Notes: generated by a model not told the origin, from the letters alone. A stretch of 64,000 bases of DNA from Octopus sinensis (GCF_006345805.1 NC_043000.1:71610001-71674000); one strand, 5' to 3'. Numbered from the stretch's first letter, positions 13,070 to 26,040 are shown. A program made the numbers and translations.

Positions 13070-14015
13070 TGGGCCGTGACTGCTGAGGACATGCGTAAGC
13101 TCACAAGGAATGAAGCCAGTGCTCCGATGGATGTGTAATGTCAGTGTACATACTCGACAGAGTGTAAGTACCTTGAGAGAAAAGTTGGACCTAAGAAGTA
13201 TCAGCTGTGGTGTGCAAGAGAGACGATTGTGCTGGTATGGTCATGTGGCAAGAATGGATGAAGATAGGTGTGTGGGTTGAGGGAACCTGTGGAAGAGGTA
13301 GACCCAGGAAAACCTGGGACGAGATGGTGAAGCACGACCTTCGAACATTAGGCCTCACTGAGGCAATGACTAGTGACCGAGACCTTTGGAAATATGCTGT
13401 GCTTGAGAAGACCCGGCAGGACAAGTGAGTCCATAACCCATGGCCTTAGCTAGGGATGTAGCCAGCCCACTTATGCATATCATTCCTTCTTTGGACATAA
13501 AACTCTGCTTGCGAAGACCTGTTGAGGCAAGTGAAATCGAAATTGAACCAAATTCTATGACTGGCACCCGGCCATTGCCAGTGCCACTGGACTGACTCCT
13601 CTGCAGGTGGCAAGTAAATAAACACCGTTTCGACCCTGTGCTTGAGGAGACCTATTGAGTCAAGTACATCAACTTCAATGGAAATTGTAGTTGTGATCCC
13701 TGTGCCGGTGGCACATAAAAAGCACCATCCGAATGTGGCTGATGCCAGCTCCGCCTTGACTGGCTTCCATGCCGGTGGCATATAAAAAGCACCAACCAAT
13801 CATGGCCATTGCCAGCCTCACCTGGCACCTGTGCTGGTGGCACGTAAAAAGCACCCACTACACTCACAGAGTGGTTGGCATTAGGAAGGGCATCCAGCTG
13901 TAGAAACACTGCCAGATCAGACTGGAGCCTGATGCAGCCTTCTGGCTTCCCAGACCCTAGTCGAACTGTCCAACCCATGCTAGCATGGGAAATGGACGTT
14001 AAACAATGATGATGA
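13070..14015 (+). mobile_element. 5'-truncated RTE-clade LINE (ORF end + 3'UTR)
   Basis: VEGTCGRGRPRKTWDEMVKHDLRTLGLTEAMTSDRDLWKYAVLEKTRQ is a typical RTE RT C-terminus, followed by a UTR ending (GAT)n. Confidence 0.85.
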
Positions 14016-14995
14016 ACTCCAAGAAAGTTAGAAGTTGTGAATCCAACCCACTAAGGGATAATATCTATCCAATATACTGCTGGTAGAATACCCAATTATT
14101 AATACACAAGTGTTTGTTTTTTTTTTTGCTTCATCGTATGTGATAGAGTTTATCGTTTATTATTATTCTTTTAAAAGTTACGACTGGTGAAATGGTTTGC
14201 TTCAATCAGAACTTAGCCCCGATTATATGGGAATTGGTTGTGAAAAACTTTTTGGAAGGAGGGCGGGGTAGTTTTGGATGATTCATACGAATTGACTTTG
14301 TCTCTTCATAACTTTCAGAAAGATGGAAATATTTTAATGAAAGTTTCTTCAGATATGTTTCAAATAGTGTAAATTACGATTATGTCCGAGTTTAATGTGA
14401 AAATAAATAAATAAAATATAGTGGGTCCGCACAAAAATTCCTGGTTAATATACAGTTTGAGACCCGCTAACGAAAACAAAAAAAGAAAAACCTAGCTTAC
14501 AAGATGTAAAAAATCTTTTTTTTTTTTTGTTTAGAAGATATAAACAAAGTGAACATCTGTGAATTATCCGAAACTCCTTTCAATCTCCCTCCGAAAAAAT
14601 TCCCACGAATCCCATACAATCGTAAACTCCTCTTGTAGAAAATTTCTTTAAATTCTCTGCATCTTCCTGAGAGTTACGAGGAAAGAAATTCAGAGAGTGG
14701 GGCACACATGTGTATGTATGATCGATAAAGAAGCCCTAATTTCGATTTCTCAGATTCGAGAACATTTTTGAAAACACTGAAGATTTAACATTGGCTTCCG
14801 ATGAAGTTTCGAGAACATTTTGTAGGAAATACAGATACATTATCAATGTTTTTATCCAAGTGCTATAAAGAGGATTCCAAAATAGAATGAAAAATAAAAG
14901 AACATTATAATCCGAAATGGATCTTTTAAAGAAAATTACTAAAGAATTATTGCATAAATTAATGCAAGGAGCATGAATTTAATGTTTTAATGCCG

Positions 14996-15029
14996 GTTGC
15001 TAAGGGAGATTGGAGGTCGTTATGGCGAC
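14996..15029. promoter_or_regulatory. Pair of X-box-like motifs in CFAP300 intron 1
   Basis: GTTGCTAAGGGAGA (14996-15009) and quasi-palindromic GTCGTTATGGCGAC (15016-15029), ~0.4 kb from exon 1 of a ciliary gene. Confidence 0.45.
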
Positions 15030-15400
15030 TGGCAAATGATCGTCTGCTTTTGGAGAGATGCTTACAGATGCAGGTTTTTTCGGATTTCTTTTTAAAATGA
15101 ATGTATTCAATAATAAATTTGATCGAGGAATACATATGGCATTACTATAAATCACTTCATCTTAAATATGTATTATTATCAATAAAAATATACATAAAAC
15201 CGAAAGAAGTAAACCGTTATATTGATTTTTCTATATACTTACGATATATCGGTTTTAAAAAGATGGATTTAGCACATAATCAAAGTGAAATGGTTTAAAG
15301 TGAGGATTAATACTGAAAGAAAGGTTATAATGTAATATCAGTAGAAAGATTTTTCGAACGTGTGAGTCCATATGCAGAAACGGAGAAATAGAAAACTTAC

Positions 15401-15504
15401 CATTTCATAAGAAAGTCGCAGTTGTCCTTATTTTCTGTGAATGAAAATGTTTTGCCAGGCACATGGCGGAAAGTGAAACAAGTGATTTCTCCTGAATTAG
15501 TCAT
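15401..15504 (-). CDS. CFAP300: CFAP300 (C11orf70) coding exon 1
   Basis: Minus strand ATG at 15504 gives MTNSGEITCFTFRHVPGKTFSFTENKDNCDFLMK-TG, then a GTAAGT donor (104 nt, phase 2). Resembles the CFAP300 N-terminus as recalled (F.FR.LP.K.F...L..W). Confidence 0.88.
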
Positions 15505-16920
15505 TTCTTTGATTCTTGTTTGTACCTTAAAAGAGAAAAGTCTTCCCAAATGTTTGGGTTAGCTTATTGCCCTAAGGTTCTGCTGAGGTCAAGGACCTTG
15601 TGATGGTGGTTGTGGATGGTTGATGGTGAGGGACTTTGTGGTGGTAACACAGAAGCTTCGAAGGACCTTATGGATAGTGGTAGTTGCTATTTTAGAAAAG
15701 GTTGTTGACAAATGACTCTGAGGTTGGTGCTTCAAGGTTATAAATTCAAAGCAAACTGAGTCAATTTCATTTTAATCTATCCAGGAATATATAAAAGAAG
15801 TACCTGTCAAATTGTGAGCACGTATTCGGTTAACGACGAATATTCAAAAATAAAACTATAACGAGTCGTTAAGCATCACTTAGAATAAAACTAACCACAA
15901 TGTAGCAATTAGAACTGGAGACTAGCTGCTTCTCCTCTGATCTATCCACCACAAAAGCAGAGCTGCTCTGGTGGTGACCTGTACTGGTAAGGTATCAGAA
16001 GTCTGTTTGGTTACTCTTCTAGAAATTGTACAAAATCTCCCTCAAATAACACACTACCTTAAAAAGAAAAAAAAAGACATTTAAGGGTTGTCATTGATAT
16101 ATAAAAGACGAATAGTTATGACCCTGGGTCTACTCGGTCAAGACTAACTTGAGGTTAAACAGCAATAGCAACAATTACCCGCAAATGAGACAAAATAATG
16201 GGAGAAATTTAACACTTCACATCTGACATGCTGCCCTATATACGTGTATGGAATGTCACACAAAAGCCCACATAAGCCCAAACTGTGTGTAAGACTGTGT
16301 AGTCTGGAGTAACAAACTTTCTATGTGACATATATACTGAATAACTTCTTCGATCAACTAAAATCATCCAAGCAATTAGTCAGAACTAGGGTTGGGAGGG
16401 GGGAGCTTCCTCTATGGACGTTTAAATTAAGCTCGCAAAACAACTCTAATATTAGTTGATTTAAATATTTTAACAATATGAATAATGTAGGTTGGTAAAA
16501 TAAGTCAGCCTTTTGGAATAAAAAGTTATCGAGCTATCGAATAATGGTTCCAAGGTTCCTTCCTCCCAGCATAGTTCTAGCATTTGTATCGAAGGTCCAA
16601 AAGGGCGTAACTAAATACCACAAGGGCTGTTATCCGGTGATCTATCATCTGTCAGTAACCTGCAAGTATTTAGTTGCATGGATTTATAGTTTAAGTTCAA
16701 ATCCCGCCGTAATCAATCTTGCCTTTCATCCTTCAAGGATCGATGAAATATGTACTCATTGAGAACTAGATAAATCTAATCGTCTATATGTATCTCTTAA
16801 ATAAGGCCGTGTCGTTATGCAAAGAATAATTAAAGGGCAAGCGGTATATCACACCCCGATCAAGGTAACTAAAGCCGGCAAATGATGACACAAGGGAAGT
16901 AACTTTCGTTTAGTGTACAT

Positions 16921-16934
16921 GTTACTATGGAAAC
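16921..16934 (+). promoter_or_regulatory. RFX X-box-like motif immediately 5' of the coiled-coil ORF ATG
   Basis: GTTACTATGGAAAC closely fits the X-box consensus GTTNCCATGGNAAC. Confidence 0.55.
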
Positions 16935-17597
16935 ATGTCACAAAGCTTGAGCGTAGCTTCTGGTTCTGTTTTAAAGAAACAAACACCTTTTGAACTTCAG
17001 CAAATGGTCAACGATTTGCAAGAGGAAGTTGCATGTCTGAAGAAAAAGTTGGATCAACTTAGACGAGCTAAAAGTACGACGATCGTGAAACGTGAGAGAG
17101 AAATACTTCGTATTGGTCACCCATTCGTTGCTAGAAATGCAAAAGTAGGAAACCCTAATGATGCTTCTCCAAAGACACAACCAGAGGATAATGTTTGTGA
17201 TAAAGAAACGGAAGAGAATCTGGTAAAATGTCCCGAGGCACTGCAAACAGAACTGGTAGATAAAGAAGATACTTCCCCGGTGGATCTCGATTCTATATCG
17301 TTAGAGGCTGAAGAACAGGAGGGAAACACAGAATATATAAACTTTCTACTCGAAAGGATCGACCAGTTGCGTGGCGAAAATATGGCACTTACCATTCAAA
17401 ATAAAACCCTAGAAGGTGATGTAGCAGATTTAAAGATGGAACTCAATAAAAAAGAAATGGAATGGTGTAAAAAGGAGGAACAATTAAAGAGTGAGTTTCA
17501 AACAAAGTGGAGGAGACAGTATGAAGAATGGATGAAAGATATGGAATCAAAAATGGCTGAACTACAAGCAAAGGCGCACAAATCTAAAGAGAATTAA
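16935..17597 (+). CDS. Uncharacterised 220-aa coiled-coil protein, apparently single coding exon, divergent from CFAP300
   Basis: Uninterrupted non-repetitive ORF, E/K/Q/L-rich. Heptad-like segments (LQQMVNDLQEEVACLKKKLDQLRR; FLLERIDQLRGENMALTIQNKTLEGDVADLKMELNKKEMEW...) are separated by an acidic linker. No transposon motifs. Confidence 0.72.
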   Translation: MSQSLSVASGSVLKKQTPFELQQMVNDLQEEVACLKKKLDQLRRAKSTTIVKREREILRIGHPFVARNAKVGNPNDASPKTQPEDNVCDKETEENLVKCPEALQTELVDKEDTSPVDLDSISLEAEEQEGNTEYINFLLERIDQLRGENMALTIQNKTLEGDVADLKMELNKKEMEWCKKEEQLKSEFQTKWRRQYEEWMKDMESKMAELQAKAHKSKEN

Positions 17598-17624
17598 AGA
17601 CAGTTAAACTCTTCTTTACAAACG

Positions 17625-17834
<210 letters not shown>

Positions 17835-18196
17835 CGTTTTTGGATTTGGTTTGCAAGATTTTTTATATGAGTTCGTGTGTTGAAGCATATTCTGATGTGG
17901 CTGGGGAGAGTCATTCTCTTTTAGTGCCTTATTATTTAACACACTCACCAGTAAAATTTCCACTTGTTGCTTATTTTTATTTTCGTTGCATCTTGCAACC
18001 TTTTCAATAGAAAGTCAAAAGTATTGAAAAGGTTGCAAGATGCAACGAAAATTTTAGGAAAATAAAAAAATAAGAAATAAGTGAAAATTTTACCGGTGAG
18101 TATGTTACATTATAAGGCACAAAAAGAAAATGACTCTCCCCAGACACAACAGTATATATATATATAATATTTATATGTATATATATATACATAATA

Positions 18197-18547
18197 CTAG
18201 CAGTATCGCCCGGCGTTGCTCGGGTTTGTAAGGGAAATAACTATATAAGCATTTTTAGAGAGTTATAGCCAAAAAATAGCAAAAAAATACATTAAAAATG
18301 GAAAAAAAATTATGGTAAATTTTTTTTAAAATCGTTGACTCATCGTAGACATTTTAGAGAGTTACTTCCCTTATATAATAGCGCCAGAATCGTAGACGCG
18401 CGCTAATACCCAGAAGGGCGCGCTAATACCCAGAAGGGACTATAAGATACCCGGTTTTGGTTATACTGCACCACAAAATGTGGGAGTAGTTAGGAATCTA
18501 AATCGTAGGAGACAGACAGCACACAACCTCACTTTTATATATAAAGA
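18197..18547 (-). mobile_element. Non-autonomous Helitron
   Basis: Minus strand A|TC start, CCCGAGCAACGCCGGG hairpin and CTAG|T end. Confidence 0.85.
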
Positions 18548-18604
18548 TATGTATATATATCTTTATATAATATACATATATCATTATTATTATTATCATT
18601 ATTT

Positions 18605-18652
<48 letters not shown>

Positions 18653-19671
18653 ATATATATATATATATAATATATCTATATATGATATATATCTTTATAT
18701 AGTGTACATATATCATCATCATTATTATTATCATATATATTTCTATGTGTGTGTGTTTGTGTGTAAGTTTGTATGTATGTATGTGCATGTCTGTGTATTT
18801 CTTTGAGTTTTTTTTTTCCGAAATCTTTTACTCATTTCAGCCTGAAAACATTGGCTATAATGAGGTAGCATTCTCTAAACAGGTGTATAGTATACCATAC
18901 ATCAGGAGTAGAAATGATCACAGAGTGAAGTGAGATGAAGTTGTTTTCCTGAAGAACACAACATGCTACCCAGTCCAGGAAATGAAATCATGATCTCACA
19001 ATCATGAGTGCAACACTGTAACCACTAGGTCATGCACCCTCATATATATTTCTTTACTACCCACAAGGGGCCAAACAAGGACAGACAAAGGGATTAAGTC
19101 AATTACATAGACCCCAGTGCGAGACTGGTACTTTATTTATCGACCCCGAAAGGATGAAAGGCAAAGTCGACCTCTGCGGAATTTGAACTCAGAATGTAAC
19201 GACTGACGAAATACGGCTACGCATTTCGCCGGCATGCTACCACTCTGCCAGCTCGCCGCCTTTGCACTCTCATATATATATATACTACATATATATTTAC
19301 TACGATTGCGCTATAATCTACGACTGAGCTATAATCAGTCATGCTACAACTTAGTTTCTGTTGGTAGTATCTGGTGTGTCAATGAATTCTGTTTCTTTTA
19401 TATGTACTTTTTTCACGGATCTTGGGCAGTTAAACTCTTAGTATTGCTTCAATATGTCATAATACACATCCATGGTGCTCCCAAAAGTATTTTGGCAAGA
19501 TATAGAAAACTTGTAGACTTTTATAAACTAATCCTTTAGCAGAACCTGGTCTTAACTCTAGGTGAAGAACTTTGGTACTATGCAGCAAAACATACTTTGT
19601 GGATTGAAATAGATCTGAACAAAGTTTGATGTCACTTCTTTCAGTATCTTACACACACACACACGCATATA

Positions 19672-19703
<32 letters not shown>

Positions 19704-19721
19704 GTAGACATGTGTATGTGA

Positions 19722-19754
<33 letters not shown>

Positions 19755-19936
19755 GACCCCTTTTGGTCATGAATGACCATGGGATTGCACCTAGAAAGTC
19801 ACCCTCCGAGGCACAAGTCCAGATATATACACATATATCTTATACATATATATATATATACATACACACAAACATGCATACATATTTATATATATACACA
19901 TACACACAAACATGCATACATATTGTACACTCATAT

Positions 19937-20469
19937 GGTGGCTGCCCCCTCGTTATCGAGTATGGCCATTGCACAAAGCTTAATCAATGTTGTTATCGTG
20001 CAATGCCTGTGCAACAAGATTTTTTTTAAGTGAGGAAAGGCTGTGCACTGAGTCAATCCCACTCACTAAGCAACAGCAGCCATAATCCGAAAAGAAGAAC
20101 AAGTCAACATCATCGGTAACCACTGAGCTGCAGGTTTTATGTTGGAGTTATCCCAGTTACCTGAGTTACCTTCTCCTAGAAGGATGCCCTAACAAGGGCT
20201 AGGAGTCTTTCACTCCCAATGGTTTAATCCCGCGATCGGGTATTCAGTCCGATTATTTCTATGTCCCCACGCATGATACAGCCTTAAGACATTTATTGGA
20301 TGGCTGTTGACTCTCAAGAGTTCCTCTGCCCTTTGACGGGTTTTGTTTTTCATCCCGCAGAGTGTCCAATAAACACCCTCCTCACCAAGCAAGCTTGGTG
20401 GGGTTGCCGGTTTAGTCGCCGACGACCTGACCATGCAACAGGTTGTACCGGGTTACATGTTACCAGTTG
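19937..20469 (-). mobile_element. Non-coding retroelement fragment, probably a LINE (RTE-type) 5'UTR piece
   Basis: GC-richer insert in microsatellite, flanked by direct repeat CACTCATAT (19928-36, 20470-78). Its minus-strand 5' end resembles the 3' half of an HDV-like ribozyme. Confidence 0.5.
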
Positions 20470-20629
20470 CACTCATATACATACATACACACACATCATT
20501 ATTTAAAACTCACCTTTCTAAGCTTTCTCTTCCAATATTTCATATTATGAATTGAGTAAGTCTTTCTGAATTTGGGTTTTACAGTCAGTTTGATATTATA
20601 GGTAATGATAGCTGGGAGAAATAACTGAG

Positions 20630-21080
20630 GTAACAGAACAAATGTCTTCCATGAGATTAACAGGGTTTTCTGGTTCTGTTGTAAATATTTTCAGAGCCCA
20701 CCCTGCCAATCATCTGAGTATAATGTATCACAGACTGTGACTTTGGAATTGCAAACAGTATTGGTCCTGTGTGTCCTGGCTGCAGTATAATAAAAGGCTG
20801 ATAGCAAAGTGCTTCAAAATTTCCAGCATTAAGCTGCATATTTCCCCCAGCTGACTTGGATATTGCACTGAGACCTATCTGGAGGTTTTTTTTAATATCA
20901 TTGAGACTTTTGCTTGCCATTGATATTTTTGTATCACCATAATAGCTAGAATGAGTAGATAACTGAAAGAATATTTGAGAGAATGCAATAATCGTTCTTC
21001 TCTGAGCTACTCTATGTAAAATTATTGTATCTTTTGAAACGGAATTGTTGTTTGCAACAGATTGACTTCTGTCTCTCAAA
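20630..21080 (-). mobile_element. Degenerate CR1-like LINE RT fragment
   Basis: ..YGDTKISM..LQIGLSAISKSAGGNMQLNAGNFEAL.. is homologous to the 43096-43908 ORF. Confidence 0.7.
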
Positions 21081-23233
21081 TAGCTGAAAGAAGCCTGTTG
21101 TATATGTTTGTGTGTCTGTGATTGTCCCTCCTACTATTGCTTGACAATTGATGGTGTATTTATTATCCAACAACTACCAATCAATTTTGCTAAAACATTC
21201 TGTAACAAATATTTACTTTCTACGTGGGAATATAATTTTCCATCAGAAGTATATTCGTGTATGTAGAATGAATGAGATGTGTGTGTTTTATTAGGAATAA
21301 ATAGCCAAACAACTTCCTTTGTCATTTTTGAATAAGACAAATATATATAAATTAGTGACGGTTTTGTAATTGGACATTTTATACATGTAAAAGCTAATTC
21401 TCCTCAGTCAGAGATCGACTGAATCTGAGTATTGATTATATTTTTGAAATACATTGATTTTTATATATATAAATGTCTTCCTAATTGAAATTATATTGTC
21501 ACTGTTTTTATTGCTTATATACTTAAACTTCAATATCGATTTCTTACATAGGCACAAGGTCACACATATTTTGTGGGGAGGGAACACTCAATTACATTGA
21601 TCCAGTACTTGACTGGCATTTATTTTTTCGACCCCGGAAGAATGAAAGCCAAAGCCAATCAGAGATTTGAATTCAGAATCTAAAGGGACACAGCTAGACT
21701 ACAAAGCGTATCGGTCCCATACACTTACTATTCTACCAATCCAGAGCCTTTTAAATTTTTTTTGATATCAGTCAATCAATGAATCAATAAATCAATCAAT
21801 ATATAAAATCTGTTTACGATACTTTTTCCAGCCTTCAGTGGAATCTGTGAAGTATGTCTCTGGCAACTCAGCCTCTATTTACCAACTTGGTATTGATATG
21901 TCCTCTCTGGCAATGCTGTCACAGTAATTCCTGTGGAGCACCCCACTTGTTCTGGAAAATGTGGCCCATTGCCCCACTCTATATTCCGCTGCTTACCTCC
22001 CCCCACCACCATTTTTTCCTTTTCTTTCTCTTCTTTCTTTTTGTATGTGTGAATCTTCCAAATTTAACACTTCCAATATACCTCAGAACCTAACGTGAAA
22101 AGGCACAAAAGAAGGGAAACAACTCTGTATCAACCCTCACACAGAAAAGGAATAACTTTATATCATTAAATTTTCAAAATAAGTTTACCACTCACTTCAC
22201 ACATAACCGATTGTATTTCTTTCAAATAATTAACCCTTTCAATGACAAATTCAGAATCAATTGAAAATTACTTTTGAATAGTTCTAGCATGATATAAGCC
22301 CTTTCAGTGCTGACTTGAAGTGAATGTATGTTTTGGCAATGTTTTGCTAGCCTAGTCTAATCTTCAACACAAAGGTACTCAATCAATGACTAAAAACAGC
22401 TCATCAAAATTCAAAGTGTTTGGCATGTCTGTATAGCGGCGGCTGTCGTTGGCTGTTCAAGTGCCTGTTGTTAAATGGAAAAACTGTATGAATCACAATA
22501 AGACATTTTTGTGTATAAATATATTGTTTATTCTGTGTTCACCTTTTGTGGTGGAAGCATGGAGGATGATACAAAAACGTGTGTTTGCGTACAAAGAAAG
22601 TTTTGATTTTTGCTTTTGCACTGAATAAGTTACATATAATATTTGTATTACAGTATGTAATGAAAACAGTCATTATGAGAATGTGTGTGTGATAAAATAT
22701 CTTCATTTACAAACCATATATCTTGTGTCAAGGGGAATAGACATGTTTGTTGAGCGTGGAGCTGCAGAGAAGACATGTGTCTCTGACTAAAGCCTGGCAA
22801 GAACTGAGAGTTTCGAATGTGTAGCTCAGAACGAGGCTACTGTATCAAAGTGAGGCTGTGCAGGTTGACTCACATATTACTATGTAATATGTAGCTCTGC
22901 TACATCAGTTATAGTCAAGTATTAGCATATCAGTGTTTGTTGATGACCATCCCATCCTTTTGGTCACCATGCTGTCCTAAGATTTACGTCTTACAACATA
23001 TGATGTGAAGATAAATATCATGGGTCTTCCAGCAATGATGTTAAATATCTGCCAAAAATAAAATTGTCTTTTTCCTTCTGCAAGTCACATGACCTCAATA
23101 TCAGATGAAAAATAATTTGAAACATGACTTCCTCAACAAAAGATAAATGAGTATATAAATAAAGCTATTTGCAGTTAAGGACAATGAAATTTTGAGTGGA
23201 TATATCTGATTTCTGCAGTAAAAGATGAGTTAA

Positions 23234-23453
23234 CCCTTTCGTTACTGTATTTATTTTGAGATGATCTGTGTTTCTTTCAATTATTTTAAATATAACAAAG
23301 AATTTAGTAAAATAACTTAGTTATCATTCAGTTAGTGTTAGGAACGTAAATTTTGACTAAGGATTGGTGGAATATTTTAATTCAAAACTTATGAAAACAA
23401 GACATTTTACCACAGAGCAAGAGCCGGTTTTGGCCAGGTTAGTAACAAAAGGG
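23234..23453. mobile_element. piggyBac-like MITE
   Basis: TTAA|CCCTTTCGTTAC ... GTAACAAAAGGG|TTAA. Confidence 0.8.
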
Positions 23454-23540
23454 TTAAAGAAGGCTGGAAGTTTGCTAAAGGAGATGCAGTTGTTACATTT
23501 AATGTAATGTTGGCGATGTAGAGTTTGTGGGAGTCCCTTG

Positions 23541-23659
23541 AGAAAATGACAATGGGGGTTAGGCTTAACAACATAAGAACTCATCACCATCATCGTTTAA
23601 CATCCGTTGATGGTTATGAGTTCTTATGTTGTTAAGCCTAAACCCCATTGTCAGTTTCT
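23541..23659. repeat. 52-bp inverted repeat with 15-nt spacer
   Basis: Arms 23541-23592 and 23608-23659, 3 mismatches. Confidence 0.9.
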
Positions 23660-24727
23660 ACTGTGTATTCATTTTGATTAGAGGAAAAGTAGTTACATAA
23701 ATTTGGTTCTTTGAGATTACTGATTGAGACTGAAGTGATTGGAATTAGACTCAAATGGTGTGGTTGTTTTATCAATATCAAGACATGCTTTAAGGTGGTG
23801 AGCTGGCAGAATCGTTAGTATGCTGGGATCGACTTTTGTCCTTTCAGGGTTGATAAGGTAAGTACCTGTTGAGCACTGGGGTCAATGTCTTAGATTTATC
23901 CATCCCCCCAAATTGCTGTCCTTGTGTCAAAATTGGAAAGCAATACAAAGACACACTTAAATTTATTATTTATTAGAAGAAGTGCAATAGAATGGAGATA
24001 GTAGTGATTGTCAATTGAAGAATTATACTGCTATAAAAGCAATATAGTGAATTTTTTATTTGAAAAATAGTTTATTTTGCTAGCTTGTTTAAAAATAATC
24101 TTTACTTTCCTACATTTTTATTACAGTAAATTCCAACATACAAATCAATGTAGTTTATAGTGTAAACATTTAAACATCATCACTATCTTTCCAAATCCTG
24201 TTGTATTTTACATAGAAATTTTGGTTCTCCAAAGTGGTCTTGGTGTAAGTTGACCACCTGCCTTATTTTGGTTGTAAATTTTGGTTGGGAGAATTTGTCT
24301 TGTATGCTGGAGAATATGGTAGTTAAATTTTTTTTCATGACTTTAGATGAATTTTTTTATAGCTAGGGCTGTGTGGTTAAGAAGCATCCTTTGAAGCTAT
24401 GTGGTTTGGGGTTCAGTCCCACTGCATGGCCTCTTGAATAAGTATCTTGTACTATATCTCTATGCTGACCAATGTGTTGTGAGTGAACTTCATAGACAGA
24501 AACTCTGAGGAAGTCCTTTGTGTGTGTGCGTGTGTATTGAACTACTGTTCTCTCTCTAGGAATTTGTTGCTCTATAACTCATGTGGGTGGAAGGGGAAGA
24601 ATGCAAAGCCTCATTTTTACTTTTTGAATTTGTTAGTACTATCGGTCGAAGATGGTTTGTCTGGGATTACTCATATCAGACGGGTATGTTCGATTTTTAG
24701 TGCTCTCAAATTTAAACCTAACGAAAT

Positions 24728-24811
24728 CTTGGGCTGATGACGGAAATGTTGATAGGAGTATGTATTTCTAGCATCTCTTTATCCAACTAATCCAGAAACG
24801 GTGTTCTCAGG
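24728..24811 (+). ncRNA. Candidate type I hammerhead ribozyme (variant)
   Basis: CTTGGG-CTGATGA-(C)GGA..long stem II..TCC(A)-GAAAC-GGT-GTT-CTCAGG. Stem I is 6 bp with two G-U pairs. Confidence 0.5.
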
Positions 24812-25022
24812 TAATCTTACATACGTGTGATCTTTCGTTATTTTTCCCTCTATACCTACGTGAATTATTTTTGAGTATACATTGTCTGGGAGACTTTTCT
24901 TATAGTAGAAGAAATAGCTAAAATCTTTTGGCTGCTATTTCTAAAAGTTCGGTGTGTGGTAAAGTTCTTTTTTTTACTGAACCCTAATTATATAATGTAA
25001 TATGTATATATAAATATATATA

Positions 25023-25590
25023 CTAGCAGCTAAGCGCGTTTTCACCTGGTCGGTTTGGATGATGTAGCTATAAAACCTGCTCTGTGTAAGCATTCAACTT
25101 GTTTGGACATGCTTACATTAAAAAACAATTTTAGAATGACTTTTTTTCTGTCAAAATGCTAAAAATAATTGACCAACAACAAAAAAAAAGCAACCAAGAT
25201 TCAACCAAATCAAAAAATAAACCGAAATACTAAGTGAACAAAGATGAACCATCCCACTTCCATTGCATATGCGCACACATTCACATAACCCCCCTTTTAC
25301 ATACACATATATTCACACAAAGTTGAAACATTGTTTGATTTATTTTTTTCAGTGTGCACCACCAAGCATGACATCACTCCTTCCTCCCTTATTCGGCTAT
25401 CACTCCTTCCTTTCTCATTCATAAACACAAGAGTATTATTATAGTAAATTATCTCGGTAACCATGGAAACTATGAAAAAATACAAAGCCCAGCATCAACA
25501 CCGGATCATTCTACACATCTGTGTAATTTTTCATGCAATTCCACCCAGCTGTTTGACCGCGAATCCCAAGACAAGACAGAATCGCCCATG

Positions 25591-25592
<2 letters not shown>
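25023..25592 (-). mobile_element. Helitron-like non-autonomous element
   Basis: ACTAG end at 25022-26 with an adjacent GC-rich segment, inserted between (TA)n tracts. Confidence 0.5.
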
Positions 25593-25653
<61 letters not shown>

Positions 25654-25654
25654 T

Positions 25655-26040
25655 GAAGGTGCAGGCATAGCTGTGTGGTAAGAAGCATACATCCCAACCA
25701 CATGGTTCTGGGTTCAGTCCCACTGTGCACCACCTTGGGCAAGTGTCTTCTACTACGGCCTTGGGCCGGCCAAAGCCTTATGAGTGGATTTGGCAGATGG
25801 AAACTGAAAGAAGCCCGTCATATATATGTATATGTATACATCTATGTATCTGTGTTTGTCATCCCATCACTGCTCGATAACCAGTGTTGGTGTGTGTGTC
25901 TCCTGTAACTTAGTGGTTTGGCAAAAGAGACTGATAGAATAAGTACTAGGTCTTAAAAAACAAGACCTGGGGTTGATCTATTTCGGCTAAAACCCTTCAA
26001 GGCCATGCTCCAGCATGGCTACAGTCAAATGACTGAATAT
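25655..26040 (+). mobile_element. Full-length tRNA-derived SINE with CR1-like 3' tail
   Basis: tRNA-like head, internal microsatellite, 3' GCTCCAGCATGGCTACAGTCAAATGACTGAA. Confidence 0.8.

Noticed and set aside
25457-25470. X-box-like GTAACCATGGAAAC
   Set aside because: It lies inside a Helitron-like repeat far from any supported TSS.
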